Assembly (NCBI GenBank): GCA_963849405.1 | Contig: CAWKHG010000005.1 | Location: 714,480 to 778,479, forward strand | Length of the DNA stretch: 64,000 nt | Source of the DNA: an uncultured Chloroflexia bacterium | Lineage (GTDB): Bacteria; Chloroflexota; Limnocylindria; Limnocylindrales; CSP1-4 | Reading direction: 5' to 3' | Shown here: one piece after another, positions 21,870-31,910 of the stretch | How positions within the stretch are numbered: the first letter of the stretch is position 1 | Layout: every line of letters begins with the position of its first letter | Made by a program: the position numbers and the translations under genes | The notes under the pieces: generated by a model | Seen by the model: the letters and a program-made list of their open reading frames with translations, nothing else | The model's database searches: none | Told to the model about the DNA's origin: nothing

Positions 21870-22934
21870 CTACGTGCTCGTGCGTCCCGCGACGAGATCG
21901 CGCCCGGCGACGAGCGCTCGCAACTTCGCGATGGTCGCCCAGCGCGCGGTCTGGCTGAAGCCGCAGTCCGGCACGAGCGTCAGGCGTTCGGCCGGGACGC
22001 CCGATTCGAGCACGCGGTCGATCCGTTCGGCCACGTCCTCGGGTGTCTCGAGGTAGTAGTTCTTGACGTCCACCACGCCGACCGCGACGTCCCGCCCCGC
22101 CCCGGTGATCTCCGCCAGCAGGTCCGTCTCGGCCATCTCGCGGTTCGCGAACTCGAGGACGAGCTCGTCCACCCGGAAGTCCAGCATCGCGGCCAGGATC
22201 GGGCGGTACGTCCGCCGGGCGAGCGGCCGCCCGAGGTAGTTGCCGAAGCAGAGGTGCGCCCCGAGCCGGACCCGGCCGACGACCGGCTCGATCGCGGCGT
22301 TGAACAGGGCCGCGAAGTCCGCTCCGGCGTCGGGATGGATCGCCGGGGACGGCTCGTCGAGCTGGATGATCGTCGCGCCCGCGTCCGCGAGGGCCGCGAG
22401 CTCGGCGCGGAGGAGAGGCACGAACGCCTCCGCGGCCGAGAGACGGTCGGGGTAGACCGTGCCCGGCCCGGTGACGAGGCGCCCGGACAGGGTGTACGGC
22501 CCGGGCAGCGTCATCTTGAGCGGCCGGCTCGTCCGGTCCACGGCCGCACGGTATTCGGCGACGACCCCCAGGCCGTCGGGTGCGGTGATCGGCTCGAGGA
22601 CCTCCAGCATGTGCTGCTGGTCGTGGCCGCCGGCGCCCATCCGCCGGGGCGGCAGCAGCGTCCGGACGCCGGTCAGGTGGCGGTAGAACTCGGCGGTGAA
22701 GAAGCCCGCCCGGCGCATCTCGCCGTCGCTGACGACATCGATGCCTGCCGACTCCTGGTCGTGGATCGCCACGTCCACCGCGTCCGCGTGCATCTCCTCG
22801 AGATCCACCGGCCCGAACTCGCCGCGCTCCGCGGCCTCGAGACCCGCCACGAGCCAGGACGGCCGGGCGTGCGAGCCGACGACGCCCGTCAGCAGGCCGC
22901 CCGGGCGGTCCGCGGGACGGATGGGCAGGGTCAC
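21870..22934 (-). CDS. cobalamin-independent methionine synthase (MetE C-terminal/UROD-fold)-like protein
   Basis: C-terminal ~354 aa of ORF 21870..23066, taking GTG 22934, which overlaps the upstream stop (GTGA). [38 protein letters not shown]. Confidence 0.75.
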   Translation of the reverse strand: MTLPIRPADRPGGLLTGVVGSHARPSWLVAGLEAAERGEFGPVDLEEMHADAVDVAIHDQESAGIDVVSDGEMRRAGFFTAEFYRHLTGVRTLLPPRRMGAGGHDQQHMLEVLEPITAPDGLGVVAEYRAAVDRTSRPLKMTLPGPYTLSGRLVTGPGTVYPDRLSAAEAFVPLLRAELAALADAGATIIQLDEPSPAIHPDAGADFAALFNAAIEPVVGRVRLGAHLCFGNYLGRPLARRTYRPILAAMLDFRVDELVLEFANREMAETDLLAEITGAGRDVAVGVVDVKNYYLETPEDVAERIDRVLESGVPAERLTLVPDCGFSQTARWATIAKLRALVAGRDLVAGRTST

Positions 22935-23966
22935 GAAGGCCTCCCGGTGGCTGTGGCGTTTGGGGCGGTGGCGGCCTTGGCGCCCTCTGCGGCGCCCGTC
23001 GGAACGGCCGCCGGCTCGGCGAAGGCGAAGGCTCGCGACGGATTGTCGATGAACAGCGCGCGCCATGTGGTGGTGTCGAGCCCTCGCGCGGTCATCGCCC
23101 GGCTGAACCCGTCGAGCAGGTACGTCAGGCCGGGCGAACCCCCGTAGACCCGGTAGTAGCCCTGGCGCGCCGCGTCCATGCCGAGCACGATCCGGTCGCC
23201 AAGGCCGGCCGCGGTCAGCGCCTCGATCAGCGCGAGCGTCCCGTTCGGCGCCTCGCCCCAGCGGAACGACTGGTCGTACTCGGCGAACGCGCCGGTCGCG
23301 AGGAGCTCGGCGTGATACCCGGTATCGACGACCTTGTCGACGTGGCTCAGCACGATGTGACGGGCCGGCACGCCGTGGTCGACCAGGAGGCGCACCTGCT
23401 CGAGCGCGCCGGTCCCGTTCTCGCAGTGGGTGAGGATCGGCACCCCGGTCCGCCGGTGGGCCGCGGCGGCCGCGATGAAGATGGGGATGTCGCGGGCCGA
23501 TGGGCCACCGTCGCTGCCGGCCACCTTGATGACGCCGGCACGGTACGGGGTTCGGTCGACGTCCGGTCCGGCGTAGTCGTTCGCGTCGATGCCGTCCTCG
23601 ATGTCGGCCCGGAACAGCTCGGCCAGCTCGGCCTCGCCGAGCCCGGCGCTCCAGTGGTCGCGGCCATAGAACCGCTCATGATGGAGGCCGGTCGGGGCGA
23701 CGATGTGGACGCCCGTCCGGCGGCTCAACTCGGCCAGCTTGGTCGCGTTGCGGCCCGTGTCGGCGGGCATCGCGTCGACGACCGCCTGCAGGCCGAGGGC
23801 GGCCGCCTCCGCGACCTCGGTCGCCATGCGCTCGACGTCCTCCAGCAGGAAATCCGGGAAGAGCGCGGTCGCCCGACCGGGGTCGATGACGAGGTGCTCG
23901 TGCGCGTAGGTCACGCCCGAGCGCCGACGGGTCGATGTCGCCGAGGACCGTCCGGACGAACGTCAC
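22931..23966 (-). CDS. phosphotriesterase-related (PTE/PHP amidohydrolase-fold, lactonase-like) protein, one frame change near 23915
   Basis: ORF 22931..23914 ([40 protein letters not shown]). N-terminal [17 protein letters not shown] is in the ORF 23676..24380 frame. GTG 23966 overlaps the upstream stop (GTGA). Confidence 0.8.
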
Positions 23967-24777
23967 GACGCGGGGCTCGCGGACGTGACGCTCCATCCGC
24001 CATCGACGGCGAGGACCTGGCCGGTCACCGCCCGCGACTCGTCGGCGAGCAGGAACACGGCCGCGGCGGCGACATCGTCCGCCTCGGACGAACCCGCCGG
24101 TCAGCGGTTGCTTGCGCGCCGCGAACGCGACCGTCGCCGGATCCGCGACCGCCCGGGCCGCCATCGGCGTGTCGGTGAGGCCGGGGGCGAGCACGTTGAC
24201 CCGGATGCCGTCCCCGGCGTACGTGGCGGCCATCGCCAGACCCAGCGAGACGATCCCGCCCTTGGCTGCGGCGTAGGCGTGGGTGGCGAAGAGCTCCGGC
24301 ACGGGATGGGCGGCGAGCACGCTCGACACGAGCACGATGGCCCCCCGGGCGCCGTCGTCGCGCGCGTCCTGGGCGAGCATCCGCCGGACTACCGCCCGGC
24401 TGACGAGGGCCTGGCTGCGCAGGTTCAGCTCGAGCGTGCGGTCCCAGCCGTCCGCGGTCAGCTCATGGATCGGGCCGTCGCCGAACCGTCGGCCGCTGCC
24501 GCCGGCGACCGAGAGCAGGCCGTCGATCCGGCCACAGGCCTCGCGCGCACGCCGCGACAGCGGCTTCGACCTCGGCCTCGTCGGTCAGGTCGGCCGCCAT
24601 GGCGTCCGCGGTGCCACCGGCGGCCCGCACCCGCTCGGCCAGCGCATCGGCGTGGTCGGCGGTCCGGGAGACGACGAAGATCCGTGCGCCCTCCGCCGCG
24701 AGGAGGATGGCGGCCGCGGCGGCGATGCCCGTCGAGCCGGTGACGAGGCAGGCGCGCCCGGCGAGGCGGTCGGTCAC
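23963..24777 (-). pseudogene. SDR-family oxidoreductase, 2 frame changes
   Basis: VTDRLAGRACLVTGSTGIAAAAA (tail of ORF 24463..25935). VSSVLA...YAAAKGGIVSL...IRVNVLAPG (ORF 23676..24380). C-terminus ...[22 protein letters not shown] by my own translation. GTG 24777 overlaps the upstream stop. Confidence 0.8.
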
Positions 24778-25421
24778 CGGGCGACCTCGGCGACGATGCG
24801 CAGGCGCTCGGCGGGGGAGGCCCGCACCAGCGCCGAGCCGATGCCCAGCGCGACGGCACCGGCATCCAGGAACGCCGCCGCATTCCTTGCGTCCACGCCG
24901 CCCGTCACCATCATCTCGATCTCGGGCATCGGGGCGTGGATCTCGCGGATGTGGGCCGGCCCCAGCGACGAACCTGGGAACATCTTCACGAACGTCGCGC
25001 CGGCGCGCCAGGCCTGGTCGGCCTCGGTCGGCGAATAGACACCCGGCACGAATGGCATCCGGGCCAGCAGCGCGGCCTTGAGGATCGCGGGGTCCAGCAC
25101 GGGCGCGACCGCGAAGTCGGCCTTGACCTTCCGGGCCGCCCGGAGCTGGGCCAGCGTCCGGATCGTCCCGGCACCCACGAAGCATCGATCCGGCCCGTCG
25201 AGCGGCAGCACCTCCCGAACGGCGGCCAGGTCGTCGGCGGCCCCGTCGGCATCGAGCGTCACCTCGAAGATCCGCACCCCGGCCTCGGCGAGCTCGTGCA
25301 CGAGGCCGAGCAGCGGGTCGCGCGGCGCCACCCGACGGAGGATCGCGATGAGCCGGTGCTCCCGGATCGCATCGGCGACCGGCGACGTGCGCAGCGCGGT
25401 GACGGTGGCTTCCTGGGTCAC
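24774..25421 (-). CDS. eda: 2-dehydro-3-deoxy-phosphogluconate / 4-hydroxy-2-oxoglutarate aldolase
   Basis: Intact ORF 24774..25421 (GTG start). LIAILR, RIFEVTL, VGAGTI, FAVAP, VPGVYSPTE, FVKMFP, MVTGGV. Confidence 0.85.
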   Translation of the reverse strand: MTQEATVTALRTSPVADAIREHRLIAILRRVAPRDPLLGLVHELAEAGVRIFEVTLDADGAADDLAAVREVLPLDGPDRCFVGAGTIRTLAQLRAARKVKADFAVAPVLDPAILKAALLARMPFVPGVYSPTEADQAWRAGATFVKMFPGSSLGPAHIREIHAPMPEIEMMVTGGVDARNAAAFLDAGAVALGIGSALVRASPAERLRIVAEVAR

Positions 25422-25469
25422 CGCGACAGCCTAATCGAGCGGCACGCTCGCCGACGGGTGTCGCGAAGG

Positions 25470-25498
25470 TTGACGTCCGCGCCGCGTCGGCCCATACT
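25470..25498 (+). promoter_or_regulatory. candidate promoter TTGACG-N17-CATACT upstream of rho
   Basis: ggTTGACGtccgcgccgcgtcggccCATACTcc. It would give a leader of about 90 nt before ATG 25594. Confidence 0.35.
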
Positions 25499-25593
25499 CC
25501 ATGCATCCCCTCCCGGCAGCGCGTCGCAGCGGCACGATTCCGCGCGAGCCTCCGGCGGAGTGGTCGATTTCCTGTCAGGGTGAGCCCCTTCCC

Positions 25594-26985
25594 ATGCCGC
25601 AACTCGGTTCCGATCAGCGCGATCGTCAGCGTCGCCGTACCCGTTCCCGCCGTCCCCAGGGCGCCATCCGTGGCCCGGTGACGGAGTACGACGAGCAGCA
25701 GGAGATCGAGGCCGCCCGCGACCGCAACGACCTCGACATCACCGATCTGCGCGAGATGAGCGTCGCCGAGCTCAAGCAGGTCGCCCGCGACCTCGAGCTC
25801 GAGACCGGTACCCAGGAACGCCGCGACGACATCGCCGACCGGATCCTCCAGGCCCAGACCGAGAAGGCCGGCCTCGAGTTCGCCAGCGGCATCCTCGACA
25901 TCGTCGACGAAGGCTTCGGCTTCATGCGCCGCCACGGCCTTCTGCCGAGCCCGGAGGACGTCTACATCTCATCGAGCCAGGTGCGCCGCTTCGGCCTGCG
26001 CATCGGCGATCGCGTCGCCGGCGCCGTCCGCGCCCCCCGCGAGGCGGAGAAGTACTGGGGCCTGCTCCGGGTCGACTCGGTCAACGGCGTGGACATCGAT
26101 TCTGCCCGCGCCCGGCCCGTCTTCGGCGACCTGACCCCGGTCCATCCCGACGTCCTCATCAACCTCGAGACGGACTCCAAGAACCTGAGCCAGCGGCTCG
26201 TCAACCTCGTGAACCCGATCGGCAAGGGCCAGCGCGCCCTGATCGTCAGCCCGCCGAAGGCCGGCAAGACGATGCTCCTCAAGCAGATCGCCAACGGGAT
26301 CACCGCCAACTACCCGGAGATCCTCCTCATGGTCGCGCTCATCGGCGAGCGCCCGGAGGAGGTCACCGACATGCGTCGCAGCGTCAAGGGCGAAGTCATC
26401 AGCTCGACCTTCGACGAGCCGACCGAGAACCACACCCACGTCGCAGAGATGGCCCTCGAGATCGCCAAGCGCCAGGTCGAGACCGGCCGCGACGTGGTGA
26501 TCCTGCTCGACTCGATCACCCGCCTCGCGCGCGCCTACAACCTGGCCCTGCCGCCCAGCGGCCGGACCCTGTCGGGCGGTATCGACCCGATCGCGCTCTA
26601 CCCGCCCAAGCGGTTCTTCGGGGCCGCCCGGAACATCGAGGAGGGCGGCTCGCTCACGATCATCGGCACGTGCCTCATCGACACCGGCTCGCGCATGGAC
26701 GACGTGATCTACGAGGAGTTCAAGGGCACCGGCAACAGCGAGCTCATCCTCGACCGGAAGCTCGCCGAGAAGCGGATCTTCCCGGCGATCGACGTCCAGC
26801 GCTCGGGCACCCGGCGCGAGGAGCTGCTCCTCGAGGAGGGCACGCTCAAGATGGTCTGGACGATGCGCCGAATGCTCTCCGCGGTCGGCACGAACGAGGG
26901 CATCGAGCTGCTGCTCAACCGCATCTCGAAGACCGACAGCAACGCCCAGTTCCTGGCCACGCTGACGAAGAGCCTCGACGCCTAA
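25594..26985 (+). CDS. rho: transcription termination factor Rho
   Basis: ORF 25501..26985. The ATG at 25501 abuts the putative -10, so I prefer ATG 25594 ([15 protein letters not shown]...). Rho_N/CSD ([22 protein letters not shown]), Walker [35 protein letters not shown]. Confidence 0.95.
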   Translation: MPQLGSDQRDRQRRRTRSRRPQGAIRGPVTEYDEQQEIEAARDRNDLDITDLREMSVAELKQVARDLELETGTQERRDDIADRILQAQTEKAGLEFASGILDIVDEGFGFMRRHGLLPSPEDVYISSSQVRRFGLRIGDRVAGAVRAPREAEKYWGLLRVDSVNGVDIDSARARPVFGDLTPVHPDVLINLETDSKNLSQRLVNLVNPIGKGQRALIVSPPKAGKTMLLKQIANGITANYPEILLMVALIGERPEEVTDMRRSVKGEVISSTFDEPTENHTHVAEMALEIAKRQVETGRDVVILLDSITRLARAYNLALPPSGRTLSGGIDPIALYPPKRFFGAARNIEEGGSLTIIGTCLIDTGSRMDDVIYEEFKGTGNSELILDRKLAEKRIFPAIDVQRSGTRREELLLEEGTLKMVWTMRRMLSAVGTNEGIELLLNRISKTDSNAQFLATLTKSLDA

Positions 26986-27099
26986 CTCGGTCCGGGGGTT
27001 CGGTCTGGGGGTGAATCGGATCCCCCTCAGGCGTCGCGCCCAGGGGACGATGCACTCCGCCGGGTCGTCCAACGTCGTTCGCAACTCCGTGCGCCGCGC

Positions 27100-27177
27100 C
27101 ACCGCGGCGCCTTCGCTCGCAGGCCCGGTGCGCCGGGTCACCCCGGCGCCTTCGCCCGCAGGCCCTGCCCGCGCGGT
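27100..27177. repeat. imperfect 39-bp tandem duplication (2 copies) in the rho / M23-peptidase intergenic region
   Basis: caccgcggcgccttcgctcgcaggcccggtgcgccgggt / caccccggcgccttcgcccgcaggccctgcccgcgcggt. Most positions are identical. Confidence 0.8.
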
Positions 27178-27471
27178 AGTGCCACCCATCTGAGCACGGA
27201 TTCGGCCTGATAGTCCTGCCCGATACCGGCTTGCATGGACATATCGGCCGTGGCGCGGACGCCCCGCCAGGGGTGCCTGAGGTTTGCGGCAATGCGATGC
27301 GTCTGTTACGGTTCCGGCTGATCCAATGATCCACGGTCCGGACGCTCCCCCGGCCGCTAGCCGCACGAGACCCCAGCTCGAAAGCGCGACCCGGACGGTC
27401 GACACTCACCAGCGGCCCACCGCCGCGTCGCGACACTCGCGCCCCCGACCGTCCTCGATCAGGAGACCGTA

Positions 27472-28875
27472 TTGCTGAACGCGACGGTCGGAGTGCGTCG
27501 CATCATCATGCGACTGAGACCCGACCCGGAACGACCGCTGTCCGACCGAGCCACGACCGCCCGTCGGCGGGGAGTGGCCGCAGCGGCGTCCATCCACGCC
27601 CGCCTGGGCGGCCGCGCCGGCGGCACGAGCACGACCTCGATCGCCCGGCACCCCGTCGGCGCCCATCGCGTCCGCGGCGCCCACGCCCGGCTCGTGCGCA
27701 CCGTGCGCGGCCTCGGGCACGCCTGGCGAGTGATCCCGATCCAGCTCCGCGGCATCCTGCGCGGGCTCCTCGTGCGCGAGCGGTTCCTCGGCGTCGGCGT
27801 CGCCACCCTCGTCCTCGTCGCGTCGGCGGTGAGCTTCGGGGCCTCGGCGAGCACGGCCTCGGGTGGCACCGGTGGCACCAGCAGCACGGGCGGCAGCGGC
27901 CCGCCCACCCGCTGGACGGTGGCCGGCCTCGACTACGTGGACGACGGCGGTATCGGCGGCGCCGACCAGACCGATCCGGCCATCCCGGACCAGCCGGTCG
28001 TCGACCCCGCGACGGACCCCCAGGGACCCTTCCTCGATGACGGCACGCTGGTCATGCCGGTCGCGGTCGACACGACCGTCGACGACGGGAGTGCGCTCCT
28101 CAAGAGCTACAAGGTCAAGTCGGGCGACACGCTCACGGGCATCGCCCACCGCTTCGGCGTCAGCATGATGAGCGTCTGGTGGGCGAACCAGCTCAGCTCC
28201 AAGGACGAGCTCCACGTCGGCCAGGTCCTGGTGATCCCGCCCGTCAGCGGCGTCGTGGTCACGGTCGCAGCAGGTGACACGCTCGAGTCGCTCGCCAAGA
28301 AGTACTCGGCCACGGGCGACGAGATCCTGAGCTACAACGGCCTGACCGAATCGACCCTCGTCATCGGCCAGAAGCTGATCATCCCCGACGGGATCGGCAA
28401 GGCCATCCCCACGCCCAAGCCAACGAAGGCGCCGACCGTGTCGAGCGGCGGTGGCGGAGGCGGAGCACCGATCCATCCGCCGAGCGGGACGTACGGTGGC
28501 GGCACGTTCGCCTGGCCGGTCCCGGGCGGCTACATCAGCCAGTACTTCCATTACGGTCACCCGGCACTCGACATCGCGGCGCCGTACGGCACGCGGATCC
28601 TCGCCGGAGCGGCAGGGACGGTCATCTTCGCCGGCTGGAAGGACGACATGGGCGGCTACCAGGTGTGGCTCTCCCACGGCAGCGGCCTGTACACCGCCTA
28701 CTACCACATGTCGGCGATCACGGTGAACGTGGGCCAGCACGTCGGGCGCGCCCAGCAGATCGGCCGCGTCGGCCAGTCCGGGTACGCCACCGGCCCGCAC
28801 TGCCACTTCGAGGTCTGGCGCGGTTATCCGTGGCAGGGCAGCTCGTACCGGGTGAACCCGCTCGCCTACCTCTGA
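27472..28875 (+). CDS. LysM-domain M23-family peptidoglycan endopeptidase with N-terminal membrane anchor
   Basis: Intact ORF 27472..28875. TTG start 6 nt after AGGAG; ATG 27508 is an alternative. TM segment VGVATLVLVASAV. Two LysM repeats (YKVKSGDTLTGIAHRFG; VTVAAGDTLESLAKKY). M23 motifs HPALDIA and HMS...GYATGPHCHFEV. Confidence 0.9.
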   Translation: MLNATVGVRRIIMRLRPDPERPLSDRATTARRRGVAAAASIHARLGGRAGGTSTTSIARHPVGAHRVRGAHARLVRTVRGLGHAWRVIPIQLRGILRGLLVRERFLGVGVATLVLVASAVSFGASASTASGGTGGTSSTGGSGPPTRWTVAGLDYVDDGGIGGADQTDPAIPDQPVVDPATDPQGPFLDDGTLVMPVAVDTTVDDGSALLKSYKVKSGDTLTGIAHRFGVSMMSVWWANQLSSKDELHVGQVLVIPPVSGVVVTVAAGDTLESLAKKYSATGDEILSYNGLTESTLVIGQKLIIPDGIGKAIPTPKPTKAPTVSSGGGGGGAPIHPPSGTYGGGTFAWPVPGGYISQYFHYGHPALDIAAPYGTRILAGAAGTVIFAGWKDDMGGYQVWLSHGSGLYTAYYHMSAITVNVGQHVGRAQQIGRVGQSGYATGPHCHFEVWRGYPWQGSSYRVNPLAYL

Positions 28876-28943
28876 GCGAGCACCGCTGGCCGTCCATCTG
28901 ACGGCCGGCAGGTCCGCTCCCGGCGCCATGCGAGAATCGCCCG

Positions 28944-30239
28944 ATGTTCCTTGACCGCGTGACGATCTACGTTCACGCCGGCGACGGCGGCGACGGTGCC
29001 GCCACGTTCCGGCGGGAGGCCCACGTCCCGCGCGGCGGCCCGGATGGCGGCGACGGCGGCCGGGGCGGCTCGATCCGCCTCCGCGTGGACGCCGGCCAGA
29101 CGACCCTGCGCGACTTCCGGCACATGCATCGCTTCAAGGCCGATGCCGGCGGTCGCGGCCTCGGCTCGCGCAAGCACGGCCGGGCCGGCGACGACATGGT
29201 CCTGACCGTGCCGCCGGGGACCGCCGTGTTCGACGACGCGACCGAGGAGTTGCTGGCGGACCTCGTCGCGGCCGGCCAGGAGGCGCAGATCGCGCGGGGC
29301 GGACGGGGTGGGCTCGGCAACACCCACTTCAAGTCGTCCACCCACCAGGCGCCCAAGCACGCCCAGCGTGGCGAACCGGGCGAGGAGCGCACGCTCCGCC
29401 TGGAGCTCCGCCTCATCGCCGACATCGGCCTCGTCGGCCTGCCGAACGCCGGCAAGTCGACGCTGCTGGCGGCCCTCACCGCGGCCACGCCGAAGATCGC
29501 CGACTACCCGTTCACGACCCTCGAGCCGAACCTCGGCGTGCTCGACCTCGACGGCGACGACGAGCGCCGCCCCACGATCGCCGACGTGCCCGGCCTGATC
29601 GAGGGCGCGAGCCTGGGCGCCGGCCTCGGCCACGCGTTCCTGCGCCATGTCGAGCGGACCCGCATCCTCGTCCACGTGGTGGATGGGTCGGGCCGCGATC
29701 CCGAGTGGTCCTTCGGCGTGATCCAGGACGAGCTGGAGGCGCACGATCCCGCGCTGCTCGCCAAGCCGATGCTCGTGGCGTTCAACAAGCTCGACCGGCC
29801 CGCCGCGCTCGAGGCGTGGCCGGCATTCAAGAAGGCCCGCGAGAAGGCCAAGGTCGCCGTCGTGGCGATCTCCGCCGAACGGGGCGACGGCCTGCCCGAG
29901 CTGCGGGCCGCCCTGGCCGGCCTGCTCCCGCCTGCCGAGGAGCTCGACGCTCCCCGCGAGCCGACCGGCGTCGTCGTCCACCGCATCGAGGGTCGCGACG
30001 AGACCTTCCACGTCGATCGCGACGCGGATGGCGTGCTGCGCGTGCGCGGGAAGCGCATCGAGCGGATCGCCGCCCAGACCGACTTCGACATCGAGGAATC
30101 GGCCGAGCGCTTCCAGCGCGACCTCGCCAAGCTTGGCGTGGACGCCGAGCTGCGGCGGGCCGGCGTCGCGAGCGGCGACCTCGTCCGCATCGGCGGCGTG
30201 GAGCTCGAGTGGGACCTCCAGCCGTGGGAGGTCGGATGA
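28944..30239 (+). CDS. obg: GTPase Obg/CgtA
   Basis: Intact ORF. MFLDRVTIYVHAGDGGDGAATFRRE, GGPDGGDGGRGG, GLPNAGKST, DVPGLIEGA, FNKLD. Confidence 0.95.
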   Translation: MFLDRVTIYVHAGDGGDGAATFRREAHVPRGGPDGGDGGRGGSIRLRVDAGQTTLRDFRHMHRFKADAGGRGLGSRKHGRAGDDMVLTVPPGTAVFDDATEELLADLVAAGQEAQIARGGRGGLGNTHFKSSTHQAPKHAQRGEPGEERTLRLELRLIADIGLVGLPNAGKSTLLAALTAATPKIADYPFTTLEPNLGVLDLDGDDERRPTIADVPGLIEGASLGAGLGHAFLRHVERTRILVHVVDGSGRDPEWSFGVIQDELEAHDPALLAKPMLVAFNKLDRPAALEAWPAFKKAREKAKVAVVAISAERGDGLPELRAALAGLLPPAEELDAPREPTGVVVHRIEGRDETFHVDRDADGVLRVRGKRIERIAAQTDFDIEESAERFQRDLAKLGVDAELRRAGVASGDLVRIGGVELEWDLQPWEVG

Positions 30240-30991
30240 CCGAGGCGCGCGGCCGCGGCGATACGGTGCCGGGCGTGGTCACGACGGACTCGCCCGCCCG
30301 GGTCCGCGTCGTCCCGCCGGTCGCCGGCCGCTGGGGGATCCTCGGCGGGACCTTCGACCCGATCCATCACGGTCACCTGGCGATCGCGGAGGCGGCCCGC
30401 GAGGAGCTCGGCCTCGAGCGGGTCCTGTTCGTGCCCGCCGGCCAGCCACCGCATCGACCCCTGGCCCCCGGCGCTTCGGCCGAGGACCGGGCGGCCATGG
30501 TCAGCCTGGCGATCGCGGATGCGCCGGCGTTCCGGCTGTCCCGACTCGAGCTCGACCGGGAGGGTCCGTCCTACACGGTCGACACGCTGACCGAGCTCGC
30601 CGCGGCCGGCGAGGGAGGGGCGGGCGCACCCGACCTGTGGTTCATCATGTCGGCCGAGGCGTTCGCCGAGTTCCCTTCGTGGCATGAGGCCGAGCGCGTC
30701 CTCGCCCTGTGCCGGCTCGTCGTCCTGCCCCGCGAAGGCCATCCCGCCCCGGACCTGCCGGCCCTGACGGCCGCGCTGCCCTCCCTGGCCGGCCGGGTGA
30801 CCCTGCTCGACGGGCCGCGGATCCGCCTCTCGGCCAGCGAGGTGCGTGGCCGCGCCGCCGCCGGCATGTCCGTGCGCTACCTCGTGCCGGATGCGGTCGC
30901 GGCCTACATCGCGGACCATAGGCTGTACCGGGTCGCGGACCGCACGACCCAACCCATCGCCCGACCCGCCGGAGGAACGAGCGCCCCGTGA
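30236..30991 (+). CDS. nadD: nicotinate-nucleotide adenylyltransferase
   Basis: C-terminal 251 aa of ORF 29705..30991. ATG 30236 overlaps the obg stop (ATGA). GILGGTFDPIHHGHL, SYTVDTL, SASEVR. Confidence 0.9.
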   Translation: MTEARGRGDTVPGVVTTDSPARVRVVPPVAGRWGILGGTFDPIHHGHLAIAEAAREELGLERVLFVPAGQPPHRPLAPGASAEDRAAMVSLAIADAPAFRLSRLELDREGPSYTVDTLTELAAAGEGGAGAPDLWFIMSAEAFAEFPSWHEAERVLALCRLVVLPREGHPAPDLPALTAALPSLAGRVTLLDGPRIRLSASEVRGRAAAGMSVRYLVPDAVAAYIADHRLYRVADRTTQPIARPAGGTSAP

Positions 30992-31524
30992 CCGATCCCG
31001 CCGCCAAGCTGCCAGCCCCGATCCCCATCGCCGCCGTGCGCAAGCGGGCCTCGGCCCGGGGACGCACCGCCGGCTCGGGTCCCGACGGCGGAGACGCCGT
31101 TGCGGCTGGCGTCGGCGCGAAGAAGGGCACGGCCCGCGCCGCGACGAGGGCGGAGGTCGTCGCGGCCGCGCGTGCCGAACGGGCGCCACTCGAGGTGGGC
31201 CGCCGAGCGGTCGAGGTCGCCGAGGACAAGAAGGCGGCCGACATCGTGCTGCTCGACCTCGCCGGGGTCACGACGATGGCCGACTACTTCGTCATCTGCT
31301 CCGGCGGCTCGGAACGCCAGATCCAGGCCATCGCGGACGGCATCGTGGATGCCCTGCGGGCGGACGGCGTCCGGCCGATCGGGCGCGAAGGCGAGGCGGC
31401 CTCGCACTGGATCCTCGTGGACTTCGGCTCGGTCATCGTCCACGTCTTCACGCCGCCCGAACGCGACTACTACGAGCTCGAGAAGCACTGGTCCGAGGCG
31501 CGGACGATCCTGCGGGTCCAGTAA
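30988..31524 (+). CDS. rsfS: ribosome silencing factor RsfS with Ala/Arg-rich N-terminal extension
   Basis: ORF 30988..31524. GTG overlaps the nadD stop (GTGA). KKAADIVLLDL, ADYFVICSGGSERQIQAIAD, WILVDFGSVIVHVF, YELEKHW. A later internal start cannot be excluded. Confidence 0.85.
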   Translation: MTDPAAKLPAPIPIAAVRKRASARGRTAGSGPDGGDAVAAGVGAKKGTARAATRAEVVAAARAERAPLEVGRRAVEVAEDKKAADIVLLDLAGVTTMADYFVICSGGSERQIQAIADGIVDALRADGVRPIGREGEAASHWILVDFGSVIVHVFTPPERDYYELEKHWSEARTILRVQ

Positions 31525-31634
31525 CCGCTCCGGACCTCTCTCGAACGCCCTACGTCGGGAGTACGGTCAAAGTACCCATGGGGTGGTACGAGCGGGTCAT
31601 GTGTGACATCACGGGCCGTCCCTAGCATGCCCTC

Positions 31635-31889
31635 ATGTCCCGCCTCCGCGAACGCTGTCCTCGCTGCTCGCACAAGCTGATCGTGACCCGGTTCGACACC
31701 ACGTTCCGGCTCCAGGATCGCAGCGAGCGGCTGTGCTTCGGCATCCCGGGCGGCCTGTGCGAGGACTGCCACCAGCTCTACATCGATCCGGAGCTCATCG
31801 ATCTGCTCGAACTCGGCGAAGCCCGCTGCGTGTTCGCGATCGAGAGCGACGTCGTCGTCCAGGAGCAGGCCTGGTCGAGCGCCGACTAG
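31635..31889 (+). CDS. small zinc-ribbon protein (YgiT/MqsA-N-type CxxC...CxxC)
   Basis: Intact ORF 31635..31889. CPRCSHKLIV...GGLCEDCHQLYIDPE. Visibly less GC-rich than its neighbours; convergent with holA (22-bp gap). Confidence 0.5.
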   Translation: MSRLRERCPRCSHKLIVTRFDTTFRLQDRSERLCFGIPGGLCEDCHQLYIDPELIDLLELGEARCVFAIESDVVVQEQAWSSAD

Positions 31890-31910
31890 GCGCCTCCTCG
31901 AACCCGGCCG

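Noticed and set aside
27005-27030. GGGGGTGAATCGG... immediately after rho resembles the 5' end of tmRNA (ssrA).
   Set aside because: No T-arm (GGTTCGA..CC), no 3' CCA acceptor partner and no plausible ...ALAA tag reading frame occur within the next 400 nt on either strand. More simply, it is a G5/C5 hairpin downstream of the rho stop.
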